From Rebecca billardiae RCC1528 (taxonomy: Eukaryota > Protista > Haptophyta): a stretch of DNA of 64,000 bases. A program made the position numbers and the translations under genes. The notes beneath the pieces are model-generated. The model was not told where the DNA came from. It ran no database searches and saw nothing but the letters and a program-made list of their open reading frames with translations. Shown piece by piece: positions 35,449 to 46,545 of this stretch; the first letter of the stretch is position 1; every line of letters starts with the position of its first letter. Location of the stretch: assembly GCA_965240325.2 (NCBI GenBank), contig OZ251243.1, positions 372,001 through 436,000 of the forward strand, read 5' to 3'.

Positions 35449-35738
35449 GGCAGGTGAGTGGCGCGTTGCCGCACCTCATCGAGGCGGCCATTGCAGCAAG
35501 AACGGCCGCCCCACGCTCGGACGCACGCGCTCGAGACTCGAGAGCGCGCTCTGACACCACCCGGGGAGGGTGCTTCGGTGCTGCACCTGGATTGTGTACA
35601 TCTTCACCTCGGCCCGCGCGCGCACGTCTTAGTGCCGCCGCCCGACTGGATCCTCATCATGTGACAAGCCATTCTCAGCCACCTCGAGAGTGCCGCACTG
35701 CACTACTGCAGCCGCGCCAAACACCTGCCTGCGCTGTG
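35449..35738. mobile_element. MITE-like repeat, copy 2 (left end truncated, internal insertions)
   Basis: Matches 9430-9612: GCAGGTGAG.GGCGCGTTGCCGCACCTCATCGAGG ... CCAAACACCTGCCTGCGCTGTG. Confidence 0.6.
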
Positions 35739-35860
35739 TTAATATTTGCCGAGGACGCGATGAATTTTTATTTTTTAAAAGCAGCAGTGCGGCTGAGCAA
35801 AGAAATAAATTTGGGCTGAGCAGCGGGAACTCGTGCAGCAAGCAAACTGCCGCCGCATCC

Positions 35861-37639
35861 ATGGCGTCCTCGGACGTCGGCGGGCGCCGCGGGCGAAAGT
35901 TGAGCGCCCGCGGCGCGCTGGCGTGCGCGCTGCTCGGCGGCGGCACCGCGCTCGCGGCGCTGCTCGTCGCCGGCGCGCGCGCGTGCTGCCCGGCCCTCTC
36001 CGCCCGCGTGCTCGGCGCGACGCTCGGCTTCGACCCGTGGGCGCAGCACCCGACGCCGGCGTGTGTGCGCGTCGTGATCCGGAACGAGCTGGGCGTGGAC
36101 GCGGTGCTGTGGCACCGCGCGCTCGAGGCGTCGTGGGACGGGGTGTACCTGGACGCGAGGCTGGCCAGGCCGCTCGTCGGCTCCGACCACGACTGCCGCC
36201 TGCACGCGCCGTACGGCCGGTGCGACCTCGGGCCCGCGGGCACGCTCGCGATGTTCTTTGAGCTGCCGCGCCGCCGGCCGAGCCTCACGCTGTACATGGG
36301 CGTGAGCTCGGCGTTCATGGCGGGCGGGACGGTGTGGCTGCAGCCCCGCCCGCGTGGCGAGCGCGTGCAGCCCACGGCGAGCGGGCCGCAGCTGCAGTCC
36401 GTCATCGCCTACAGCGCGTGCGTGCAGGTGCGCGCCAGCGTCGCGCCGCACGCGCGCGCGGGGTGCTTAGTGCGGCGCGGGCGGCGCTCAGGCCGCGCGC
36501 GCGCACGGCCCCGCCCGACCCCGCGCCGCATCCCTCGCGGCAGCCGGTGCCCGGCGCGTGCGCCGCCGGCATCGGCTTCGAGCTCGACCTGACGCGCGGC
36601 TTCTCGGCCGGCCTCGCCGCGCGCTTCGAGCCTGACGCGCGCGCGGCGGCGCGGCACGGCGGGCGGCCGAGCAGGGCGGCGGCGGCTGCCGGGTCGCAGG
36701 CCGAGCGCGCGGGCGCGGAGGCGCGGTGCACGCCCGCCCGCTTCGAGGGCGACGAGCTCCTGGTGCGTGTGCGCGGCGCGTTGCGCGGCGCGCGCGCTAC
36801 TCGGCCGCGCCGTGCGACGGTGCCGACACCGCCCGCGCCACCGCGCGCGCCCACGGCTCCGTGCGCGGCCGCCCGCCCGCGAGATTCAGATCTCGCGCAC
36901 GCCGTACGGCCATGCCGCCGTGCTCTCAGATGGCAGTACGCACCCCGTGGACGGGTGCGAGTGCCCCGCGCTTCGGCCGGACGCGCGGCGCCGGCCGTGG
37001 GAGGCGGCGCCGGCGTTCAACGCGTCGGACCCGCGCTGCGCGGCGGCGGCGTGCCTCGCCAGCTGCCCCGAGCCCATCGCGGCCAGCGCGTGCGGCCAGC
37101 ACGCGTGCCGCGGCTGGAACGCGGCGCACTCCTACACGGACCGGCGCGGGTATTGCGGCTGGCTGCAGCACGAGCGATGCGCGGGCAGGTGCTGGGCGCT
37201 GGACGACCTGCTCTGCGTGGACGGCGCGTGTGGCTGGGGCGCGAGGCGCGACGGCAGCCGACCGAGCTCGTGCGCCGACGCGGACGCGGCGGTGGCGCTC
37301 GCGCAGGACCGAGCTGAGGCGGCGCGTGCATACAGCTGCGGCACTTGGCACGCTCCGCACGGCTGGCCGGCGGCGCGCGCGGCGGGTGCGTCGGCGGGGA
37401 GCGGCGGCGCGGGCAGCGTTGGCCGGTGGTGGCCGACGCAGGCGAGCGCGGGGTGCGTGCCCAAGCCGGCGGCGTCGCCGAGCAGCGCGTGGCGCGCGCC
37501 GCTCGCGCCCGGCACGCTCACGCTCGAGTTCCGGCCGGTGCCGTGGCTGCCAGCGGTGGGGGAAGGCGGGAGCAGCAGTGCTGCACAGGCCGGGCGCATG
37601 CGGAGCGAGCGCCTTCGCGACAGGCCGGGGTGGCGCTGA
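35861..37639 (+). CDS. Cys-rich membrane-anchored protein, possibly a divergent thaumatin-like fold; introns 36428-36543 and 36763-~36889
   Basis: N-terminal TM anchor. Two GT..AG introns join three coding frames. VRVVIRNE, FELDLTRGFS, YCGWLQ..C..RCWALDD and LTLEF resemble thaumatin motifs. Confidence 0.6.
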
Positions 37640-38127
37640 GGCTCGTTTGGCGCTCGTTCCTTGGCGCCATGGGTGCTGCTCCGCGGGCTCCGGCCATCGT
37701 GCCAGTGCCTGCCTCCGCTCTCGTGACCAGGGGAGGCTGGGGAGGCGCCCGGGCTGGTTGCTCAGGAGGCCGGTCTTTGAATAAGCAAGGGAGGTCCGGG
37801 CCAATTCTATGATTTAAAGACACAGGCACGAGGGCGCAGCTCTCCTGATTCGTCTGTCGAAGTACTGAATGGAGTTAATGGAGGATGTCGGAGCGCGTTG
37901 GCCGCGGGTGAGGGAGTCGTCGTAACCGATGCTGATCACACGGTCACTGAGGTAGTAGGCGCCCGGGGATGCCGCTGTTTTGCAGTCGTCGTCGGCCTTG
38001 GTCATCATGTAGTTGCCCGTGTCGTCGTCGTCCGAGGCTGTTCAAGTTGATGCCGTAGTGCAGGTAGTGGATGTGGTCGCCCGGGCCGGTGTGCGCGGCC
38101 TAGTGGCCTTGCCGAGTTGAGGGAGTA

Positions 38128-38240
38128 GTCGCCCTTGCCGTTGAGGAAGTCGTCGTCCTTGCCGTTGAGGAAGTCGTCGCCCTGGCCGCAGAGGAAGTCG
38201 TCGCCCTTGCCGTTGAGGAAGTCGTCGTCCTGGCCGCTGA
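38128..38240. repeat. 21-bp minisatellite (~5 units) inside the TIR element
   Basis: Repeated GTCG(C/T)CCT(T/G)GCCG(TT/CA)GAGGAAGTC-type unit. Confidence 0.85.
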
Positions 38241-38295
38241 GGGTGCCTGCGCTGCCCAACCGGGCGCGTCTGGCGCGCCAGCGCCGCGCGCGGCT

Positions 38296-39399
38296 CTACG
38301 CCAGCGACTGCGGCGCGGCGGCAGCCAGGTCACGGGGGGGGTCGCCGAGGGACGCGGTGCGAGCCTGCTTGGCCGGCTTGGCGTCGCTCCCGCCAGCGGA
38401 GGAGGGCCCATCCTCCTCCGCCGGCGTGGACGGCTCGGTCGCCGCGCGCTTGCCGGCTGCCGCGGCGCCGGGGGGCAGGACCAGGCGGTAGTTGGACTCC
38501 CCGAGCGCCGGCCTGGCCTGTTGCACCTCGGGCCCGTCCGACGGCGCGGCCGCGGTTGGTGGCTGGGGTGGCGGGATGGCATCGTCCGAACCCTCCCCCT
38601 CGGGCTCCTCCGCCTCCGGGCCGGCGGGGTCCGCCGCCTGTTGGTCGGCCGGCTGAGGAGCAGGGCGGCGCGCAGCGGCGGGCGGCGCGGGCGGCACAGG
38701 CGGCGCGGGCGGCACGCCCCACAGGTTGTGTGGGACGCGGGCGGCGCCGGCGATGCGGCGGCTCGGCTTGAGCGGCGCGAAGAAGATGGGGTGCTCGGGG
38801 TCGATGGGCATGAAACGCAGGCGGAGGAAGATCAGGTTCACACCGCCGGAGTAGATGTTGGTCTCGACGTGCTCACCGTTGGTCACGTACTTGTTGATGT
38901 CGGGCACGATCTGCTCGTAGAGGGCCCTGTGAAACTGCACGAGCGTCATCGTGGGGCTAACCGGGAGCGTGAGGGACACGTCCTTCGCCTGGGTTGCGAG
39001 GTCGGCCGCCGACAGCGCGAGCATCTCCTGCGTGAGCTCCGTGGTGCACGCCGTGAGAATGTTCGGCATGCACAGGCTGGTGGCCAGGCGGCGGCAGATG
39101 GTCATGTTCTCGAGCACCGAGCCGGTGAAGGAGAAAACGTGCTTATTGCCTTTGGGGTCCTGGGTGAGTCCTGAGAGCAGTCGCCCGCCTTGCGAGTTGG
39201 GCGCCACGTCGCTCAGGCAGCGCGCGCTCAGCTTGATCATCGTCGTGCACATCTGCTGGCCCGCATCCCGCCTGGCGGTGGGGGTGCTCGGCCGTTCCAC
39301 CTGCAGCCCGCGCTCGAAGTTGTTGGAAGAGGGGAAGAAGCTCAAGGCGCTCCTGCTGTTGAGACGGTCGCGGAAAAAGCCGTGCTGGTAAGGGGGCAT
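38296..39399 (-). CDS. Orphan transposon-borne protein (367 aa): globular N-terminal ~210 aa, Pro/acidic disordered tail
   Basis: GCCACCATG start, GC3-biased, complex protein-like composition, entirely within the TIR element. No DDE or THAP motif recognised. Confidence 0.65.
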   Translation of the reverse strand: MPPYQHGFFRDRLNSRSALSFFPSSNNFERGLQVERPSTPTARRDAGQQMCTTMIKLSARCLSDVAPNSQGGRLLSGLTQDPKGNKHVFSFTGSVLENMTICRRLATSLCMPNILTACTTELTQEMLALSAADLATQAKDVSLTLPVSPTMTLVQFHRALYEQIVPDINKYVTNGEHVETNIYSGGVNLIFLRLRFMPIDPEHPIFFAPLKPSRRIAGAARVPHNLWGVPPAPPVPPAPPAAARRPAPQPADQQAADPAGPEAEEPEGEGSDDAIPPPQPPTAAAPSDGPEVQQARPALGESNYRLVLPPGAAAAGKRAATEPSTPAEEDGPSSAGGSDAKPAKQARTASLGDPPRDLAAAAPQSLA

Positions 39400-40020
39400 G
39401 GTGGCCGGTGTGGCGGGCGCGGGGCTGCGGAGGGCCGGGGGGCGGGTGCGGAAGCACTGCGGTGCGAGCGAGGTCGGTGCTGGTGCCAAAGGCATTTCGG
39501 CGCGCGGGGTTGAAATCAAATTTCAAAACCCAGGTCCGGAGTGGCCCCGCCGGTCCCCCGGACCACGGCGGCCCGTCGTGCGTTTCGGGGGGAGAGGGGT
39601 TTGTCGCGAAACGGGCAGGATGGGGAAAAGGGGGGGGGGGGGGGGGGGGGGGGCTCGCGGCCGCCGCGGGGAGGCCGGGACGGGCGCGGTCTCCACCTGA
39701 GGGCCGGGCGCTGCTCAGGAAGGAGGGCGGCCCACACTCCGCGTGTCGCTCCCCAGTGCCTCCGCACAGGCACACCGCAGGTGTTCGCCGTCGTGTCGGG
39801 ATGAGCATGCGCTTGGCGTCCGCACCCGGGGCCAGTCCTTTCATGGTCAGCAAGCAGGCGGGGGGGGGGCGTGCGTGTGCAAGCGCGGGTGGATATGTCG
39901 TGTCTGCGATATGCGGAGTGTTGGATGCGGGTTGCGCCGGTGCCCCAGGGCACCGGTGAGTGTGTAGCTGTTTCGGGCACGCCTCGCGAACGCGAGGCGC
40001 TGGAAGACATGGCCACTCGT

Positions 40021-41105
40021 CGGGCCGGGAGCTCCCAGCGAGCGGCCAGCGCGACATCACTCCGAACTTTTCCCTGAGCGCCGGGCGGCGGCGGCGAGGG
40101 CGAGTGCTCCCCTGGCGGGGCGCGCACGGGGCACGGCGCAGCGGGCGCGGATGTGCCCGCAGAGCCGGCGCGTGCGGACGGGCTGTTGCGGGAGAGCATC
40201 TGGCGACCTCCTGCGCCGCGCGTCTTGCGCCACGCCTCTTTCGCCTCGGCTCGGGGCAGCGCGCACGTGCGCGCCGCCTCAAGGCCAGCCTTGCCGCGCC
40301 GCAGCCGGCCGCACGCGCGCCGTGCGCGGCGCGGTCGGGAAGGAACGGGCGCTGCTGCCGGGCGAGATGGCGACACCATACGCGCACGCCATGCCGCCCC
40401 GCCACGCCTTGACGACCGTGTCGTCGGTCCGTTTGCATGCCTCTTTGACTTGTCACAAATGGCGTGCACGGCCTCGCGGTCGTGACCCTTGTCGGGACGA
40501 TCATTGAGACGCAGAACAGTGCCAGACGGGCGCGCGGGCTACTCCAGTGCGTGGATGTTCATCACTGCGTGGTCATGTAGAAGTGCGGAATGCGACGCTT
40601 TCCTCGCGCTGGTGCTCTTTCATCATCTTCTTCGAGCTCAGGTCTGGCTTGGCACTGATTCAAGCGATCAGCACTCGTCAACAGCTGTGCAGATCTATTG
40701 CCGTGCCCTGTCGCGGCATCGCGGGGCGGCATGGCGTGCGCGTATGGTGTCGCCATCTCGCCCGGCAGCAGCGCCCGTTCCTTCCCGACCGCGCCGCGCA
40801 CGGCGCGCGTGCGGCCGGCTGCGGCGCGGCAAGGCTGGCCTTGAGGCGGCGCGCACGTGCGCGCTGCCCCGAGCCGAGGCGAAAGAGGCGTGGCGCAAGA
40901 CGCGCGGCGCAGGAGGTCGCCAGATGCTCTCCCGCAACAGCCCGTCCGCACGCGCCGGCTCTGCGGGCACATCCGCGCCCGCTGCGCCGTGCCCCGTGCG
41001 CGCCCCGCCAGCGGAGCACTCGCCCTCGCCGCCGCCGCCGCCCGGCGCTCAGGGAAAACTTCGGAGTGATGTCGCGCTGGCCGCTCGCTGGGAGCTCCCG
41101 GCCCG
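40021..41105. repeat. Long inverted repeat (arms 40021-40402 and 40721-41105, 318-bp loop)
   Basis: Arms are reverse complements with only a few differences. The right arm overlaps the inner end of the right TIR. Confidence 0.95.
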
Positions 41106-41809
41106 GACCTCCCTTGGAATAAGCGACCTTTGTTGATCCTTGGTTGACCGCATGAAAGCGGCGGTATCTTGGACGGCCTCTTAGTCGGCAGTGCCGTCGG
41201 CACCACTCGCAAGAGTTCTCCCTGGCGCCCGGCACACACGGGGGGACTCGTAATCCGAATTATTGAATAAGCGGCACCACAAGGATGGGGGTACCATATT
41301 ACGCTTTGAACGGTTCCCCTCCCCGAAGCAGCACGTCAATAACCGCGTTTCGTTGCTCCAGTCAAGGGGGTTCAATCTCCAGTGCAGAACGCGCATCTCC
41401 TGCCCAGGACCGGGAGGTTGCGAAACAGGTGGCACGAATCAGCAAGAGAATCTTTCCGGCTAGGGTGGGCGACAGATATGAGGAATCTTTCCCCCCTTCG
41501 CAACCTTCGCTGCGGGGACGTTCCCGCCGAGTTGGCCTCCCAATTCTCATGTTAGAGTTTCTGCAACTGAATGCTCGAGGTCATAATTCAAGTGTTGTGG
41601 ATGCACCCAGGGGAATTCGTCACACCGCGCATAAACGGGCGCGGAGGGGCGGGGCCTCCACCAATCACGGCGCGGCAGAGGAATCAACTCGCGCACCCCA
41701 ACGAGCAGATGCGACAGCCGTCGTCGGGGACTCAGCCGCGCGGCCGCACCTTCGCCAGCACAGCGGCACCTCAGGCCGCGCACCTGACTTGCGTCGTGCG
41801 CGAGTTCAC

Positions 41810-44065
41810 ATGAGCCGCGGCAGCGTCTGCGGCATGCAGCGCGCGGCGAGCCTCGGGTCTGAGCACCCGGAGGAGTGGACACCGCCGCTCTCCGCGCACT
41901 TCGAGACGCCGAGCGCCGCCGGGGCCGCCTTCTCGCCGCGGCTGCGCGTGTCCAAATGCGCGCCGCTCGCCTCAGCCTCCAACGCGTCGTCGGGCGCCGC
42001 GTCGCGCACGGGCTCGCTGCCAGCGATGATGAACGTGGCGTTCCCGATCGACATCTCGGCCGCGCCCAGCGCGGCGCGACGCGTCTTCGCGCTCGAGCGC
42101 CGCTCCACCTCGCCGTGCGCCTCGCCGATGGCGCCGAGCTCCGAGTCGGCGCTCGCGCAGCCCGTCATCGCGCGCTCGCGATCGCCGACCGCGCCCGACA
42201 GGGCGGCCCGGCCGCCGCCCGCGGCGCCGGCGGCGGGCTCGCCGGCGCTGCGTAAGCGCAGCGTCTCGGCCTCGGCCACCACCTCGCTCTCGCCCCCGCG
42301 GCCCCAGCTGAGGCACCCCGGCGTCGGGCCGTGCCCCGCCGGCCAGCTGCCGCGGCCGCTCGCGCCCTCGCGCGACGCGCGCGCGGTGGCGGTGACGATC
42401 CAGTGGAGGGGCGGTGGCAGCAGCGTCTCGGTCCTGGGCGACTTTACGGAGTGGTCCACCCGCCTCCCGCTCTCGCCCGAGACGCCGCCGCTCGCGCTCA
42501 GCCGCAGCAGCAGCTCCTCCAGCCACGGCGGCGCGACCCCGAGCGGCGCGGCCACGCCCGGCGGCGCCGCGCCGGCCACGTCCTTTTTCGCGACTGTGCA
42601 CCTGCGGAAGGGGACGCACCACTTCCTCTTCGAGGTGGACGGGACGCTGTGCGTGGACGACTCGATGACCATCGTCCAGCTCGACGCGGACACCGCCGCG
42701 CCCACGCGCACCGTCAACGCCCTCGAGGTCGACGACGGCTTGGACTACGAGTCGGGCGCAGTGGCTGATCAGGCGGCGCGCGCGCGCGCGGCCGCGGGCG
42801 ACCGCGCGGCGGCGCCGATGTGCTGGGCGGCGCTTGCGCGCGGCGAGGGCGCCAACTCGTGGACGCCCGAGCCGCAGTTCAGCTCGGACCTCGACGAGGC
42901 CGCGCACGCCGTCTCCCTCTGGCAGGCGCCGCCCGCTCTGCCGCCGCACCTCGACGCCCCGCACGGTGTCGTGCGGCCCAAAAAAGGGTCGCTGCCGCCG
43001 GTGCCGCCGCGCGCCGGGGGGCCGGCGCAGACGCACGCCGAGCTGGGGCACGTGAGCTTCGGCCGGCCCGCCCTGCCCGCGCCGACTCTGCCGGCGCCGG
43101 CGCTCGCGCCCGCGGCGGAGGACGCGCCCACGCCTGAAACGGCCGCCCCTCCCGCGCCGGCCGCGCCGGCCGCGCCGGCCGCGCCGGCCGCGCCGGCCGC
43201 GCCGGCCGCGCCGGCCGCGCCGGCCGCGCCGGCCGCGCCGCCTCTGATGCAGCTGACTCTTGAGAGCCGATGGCGGGGGAAGCGGATCACGGCGGTGCTG
43301 TACAAGCCGACGGCGGCCGCGCCGCCGCCGCCGCCGCGCTCGGCCGTGCCCTCACGCCGCACGCTCACGCCCGCGGGCATCCGCGCCGCGGCGCAGCTCA
43401 GCGCATCGCGCGCCTCCTCGCGCGCAACGTCGGCGGCTAACACTCCTGGTTCCTCGCCGGGTGGCAGGGCGCACCGCGCGCCGCCGCCGCCCTCGCCCGC
43501 ACTCGCGTGCATCATGGACTCGCCCGTGCTGAGCCCGGTGGCGGGCGCGTCGGAGGCGGCGAGGGCTCTCGGCGCGGACGCGCCGCTGCAGCTCGCCTCG
43601 CCGATGAGGCTGCGCCCGCCCGGCAGCGGCTTCAAAGCCGGCGCCGCCGCCAAAGCCACCGCCGACCGTCCTGTGCGCCGCGCGACGACCACGGCCGCGG
43701 AGAGCGGCAAGACGGCCGCCGATGCCGTCGCGTCCGTGGGCGGCGGCTTCAGCATCTTCGGCGGCAGCCTCGGCCTGGGCGGCAGCAGCGCACTCGGCGG
43801 CGGCGGCGGCGCAAAGGACGACCTCCTGTTCGGCGGGCTGATGGGAGCAGACATGCCGATGCTCTGGATCGAGCCGCCAGTGCCGCCCGCGACCGCGCCG
43901 GCGCCCCGCCGCGCGCTCGACGAGGACGAGCTGCCGCCGCAGCCGACGCCAAAGGCGCAGTCGCGGCTGTGCGTGCGGCCGCGCGCGCGGGCGGGCGCTG
44001 ACGGGCAAATGACGACTGTCAAGTCCCCGCCACGGTCGCTCGGCGCGCGCAAGCCGAGCCTCTGA
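41810..44065 (+). CDS. AMPK/SNF1-related kinase beta subunit (CBM48 + ASC domain) with long extensions
   Basis: CBM48: VTIQWRGGGSSVSVLGDFTEW..LRKGTHHFLFEVDG..VNALEV. ASC: PPALPPHL..HAELGHV..SRWRGKRITAVLYKP. Confidence 0.85.
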   Translation: MSRGSVCGMQRAASLGSEHPEEWTPPLSAHFETPSAAGAAFSPRLRVSKCAPLASASNASSGAASRTGSLPAMMNVAFPIDISAAPSAARRVFALERRSTSPCASPMAPSSESALAQPVIARSRSPTAPDRAARPPPAAPAAGSPALRKRSVSASATTSLSPPRPQLRHPGVGPCPAGQLPRPLAPSRDARAVAVTIQWRGGGSSVSVLGDFTEWSTRLPLSPETPPLALSRSSSSSSHGGATPSGAATPGGAAPATSFFATVHLRKGTHHFLFEVDGTLCVDDSMTIVQLDADTAAPTRTVNALEVDDGLDYESGAVADQAARARAAAGDRAAAPMCWAALARGEGANSWTPEPQFSSDLDEAAHAVSLWQAPPALPPHLDAPHGVVRPKKGSLPPVPPRAGGPAQTHAELGHVSFGRPALPAPTLPAPALAPAAEDAPTPETAAPPAPAAPAAPAAPAAPAAPAAPAAPAAPAAPPLMQLTLESRWRGKRITAVLYKPTAAAPPPPPRSAVPSRRTLTPAGIRAAAQLSASRASSRATSAANTPGSSPGGRAHRAPPPPSPALACIMDSPVLSPVAGASEAARALGADAPLQLASPMRLRPPGSGFKAGAAAKATADRPVRRATTTAAESGKTAADAVASVGGGFSIFGGSLGLGGSSALGGGGGAKDDLLFGGLMGADMPMLWIEPPVPPATAPAPRRALDEDELPPQPTPKAQSRLCVRPRARAGADGQMTTVKSPPRSLGARKPSL

Positions 44066-44397
44066 GCCGACAGGCTGGGCGCAGCACGGGCACTCGGCGC
44101 GCGCCAACGGGCCGTGCTCCTTCAGAGGACGATACGACGTGATGATGATTCGCGGGATCGAGTTACGTGGGATGGACGTCGGTGTGGAGCCGTCGTCATC
44201 GCCGCGCTATACATGATGATGCGCTGATGAATATATAGCAGGAGCGCGGGCTCTGCCTATTCTAATTGACTGACTGTCATTAGCGGGCACCGTGAGATAC
44301 TTATTCATACTATTAGTATTACTAGTACCGTATCGACGGTTACCGGGCCAGGCGGCACCGAGACACACTCACAGCAGCCAGCGCGGTGCTTATAGAG

Positions 44398-44834
44398 TAG
44401 AGGGGTCAGAGCCCCACTGGGGGGTGCGTGGCCCAAAATCCAACTACTTCCTGTCGTCTTGCAAGATGAGGCTCTCAAACTTCGGGATGTCAATATTCGC
44501 CTGAAATGAGCTGGGGTCACGCTGACAAGTTTTGCGAAAAAATATCACGTACATACTGGAGATATACGACCTCAATCTCGACGCGATCTCGGTAACATTA
44601 GTAGGGGAGATACACGATCTCCAAGGTGATCTCGCTATTTGCACCAGAATCGCACCGTCTAGATCACATTTTGGCAGTCTGAAATTGGCACAGGCGGATT
44701 CTACACCCTGGAATTAAGCCTTAACGCCTGCTAACTAGTTCGTCCAAGTAAATACCCGTGTGATAGTTCATGCTAAGAGATTTCGGGAGATTGTGGCACC
44801 CGAGAGTGTAACGGTCGGAGCTCTGACCCCACTA
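44398..44834. mobile_element. MITE (437 bp) with 9-bp TSD, Mutator/Merlin-like
   Basis: TIR TAG(A/T)GGGGTCAGAGC(C/T)CC. TSD CTTATAGAG at 44389-44397 and 44835-44843. Interior is more AT-rich than flanks. Confidence 0.85.
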
Positions 44835-45800
44835 CTTATAGAGAATAATTGAAGAGAATAGAGTAGTCTAGAGCGTCAGCGCGTAACTTATAGCAGAGTG
44901 TGCCGAGCACAGGCGACACCGTGACTCCTACTCGACTGCTAGACCGAGCCAGTCCGGCTACGGGCTAGTCGCCACTGTGTGCGGTGCCAGCGTGGAGTTG
45001 GCGGCGTTCGACTGACTATCTGCTCTCTCTCTCTCTCTCTAGTTAGCGCTCTCACTCTCTCTTGCTGTAACTCTCTCTCTCTCTCCCTATTATATTGCCA
45101 ACTACTGCTGTCTGTCTGTCTACGACTACTAATATTGGGCCTCGTCGGTGATATGGCCTGACGGGCGCCACACGTCTAACACGAGTCGGGCGGTTGACAT
45201 CGGCTGATCGGCGGCTGGGCGCCGGCCCGGCGGCCCGCGACTGAGACACCGTCGGCTCGCCGGGCGGATGACTCAGTGCCCGATGACTCGGCCCGCGCCC
45301 GATTAGCGGATCGGCTCGCGGTCCTGCGGCGCCGTGACCCGTCTGTGGCGTGTGAGCCGAGCCCGAGCCCGTGTCGCCTGAGCACTTATTAATATATATG
45401 GGTAGTAGGCGCCAGGTCGCCAAGTGACTGACGACCGCCTGATGACTCACTCCGCGCCCGCCGCCTGATGATGATATATTATCGTAGTCGATATATCGGA
45501 CTACGCTGAGTACTGCACGACGAAGCTGGAAGCAGCAGGCCTCGTCAGCGGAGGGCACTGTCCGCGGTCGTCGTCAGCCGAGATATGATCGTGATGATTC
45601 CGCCGCGTCTCGTCACTGCCAAGCTCGGCGCCAAGCTCGCGACCAGGGACACGCGCTAGTGACGCTGGCCATCGCCGCCGAGCCCGAGTAGAACTAGACA
45701 GGTAGTCGGATGAGCTGCACACAGCCGCCCGCGAGGCGCGGCCGCAGGCCCGCCGGGGCACGCACGCGCTCACGGCTGCGCGCAGTGAGTCGTGCTCCCG

Positions 45801-46513
45801 CTAGGGCGCCCCTGGCATCTGCGGGTAGCTCCCCCGCTCGCTCGCGGCGCGCCCCTCCGCCGAGAAGGGCGCCACGTCCGCCAGGCAGCGCTCGAAGCAC
45901 GCGTCCAGCGCGGCGCGGCAGTTGGCCTCGCGGTCGGCACCGGAGGGCGCGGCCGCGCGGCCGCACTCTGAGCCTGGGTTCGACATGAGCGACTGCAGCG
46001 CCGAGCCGTACACCAGCGCGCGCTTGTCCACCCACGACGGCGCGTCTGCGAACGTGGCCATTGAGTACGCGCGCACCTGGAAAGCAAACGGTAATAACAA
46101 AGCCCCCCACCCATACGCGCGGCGCGCGCGCGTGCGCGGCGCGGCGGTGTGAGCGCTGTGCCAAGGCGGGTGCGCGCGCGCGTGTCGCGCGCGCACCTCG
46201 GTGCACGCCTCGTTCGGGCAGTCGAGCGCCCACGGGATCTGCGTGCGCACGCCCGGGATCCGCATCCCCTTGCGGCAGTGGTCGTACGCGTGCACCAGCT
46301 CGTGGCCCAGTGCGGACTCCAGCTCCGCCTGGGACTGCAGCCGGTCTGCGCACAGGAGCACGCGCGAGGTCTGCCGGGTGAGGGGTTAGGGTGAGGGGTG
46401 GGTGAGGGGTGAGGGTTAGGGTGAGGGGTTAGGGTGAGGGGTTAGGGTGAGGGTGAGGGTGAGGGTGAGGGGTGAGGGTGAGGGTGAGGGTTAGGGTGAG
46501 GGTGAGGGTTAGG

Positions 46514-46545
<32 letters not shown>

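Larger units (their letters stand above)
37786..41116. mobile_element. Non-autonomous TIR DNA transposon, P-superfamily-like (3331 bp)
   Basis: Perfect 17-bp TIR CAAGGGAGGTCCGGGCC at 37786-37802 and 41100-41116. 7-bp TSD GAATAAG at 37779-37785 and 41117-41123. CA..TG termini. Confidence 0.85.

Noticed and set aside
38005-38259. (GDDFLNG)-like repeat peptide ORF or possible CRISPR-like array
   Set aside because: Contiguous 21-bp minisatellite without unique spacers; no cas genes; eukaryotic context; no ATG-supported gene.
41285-41809. N-terminal 175 aa of the 926-aa ORF
   Set aside because: Codon usage and composition are unlike the gene body; ATG 41810 is preferred.
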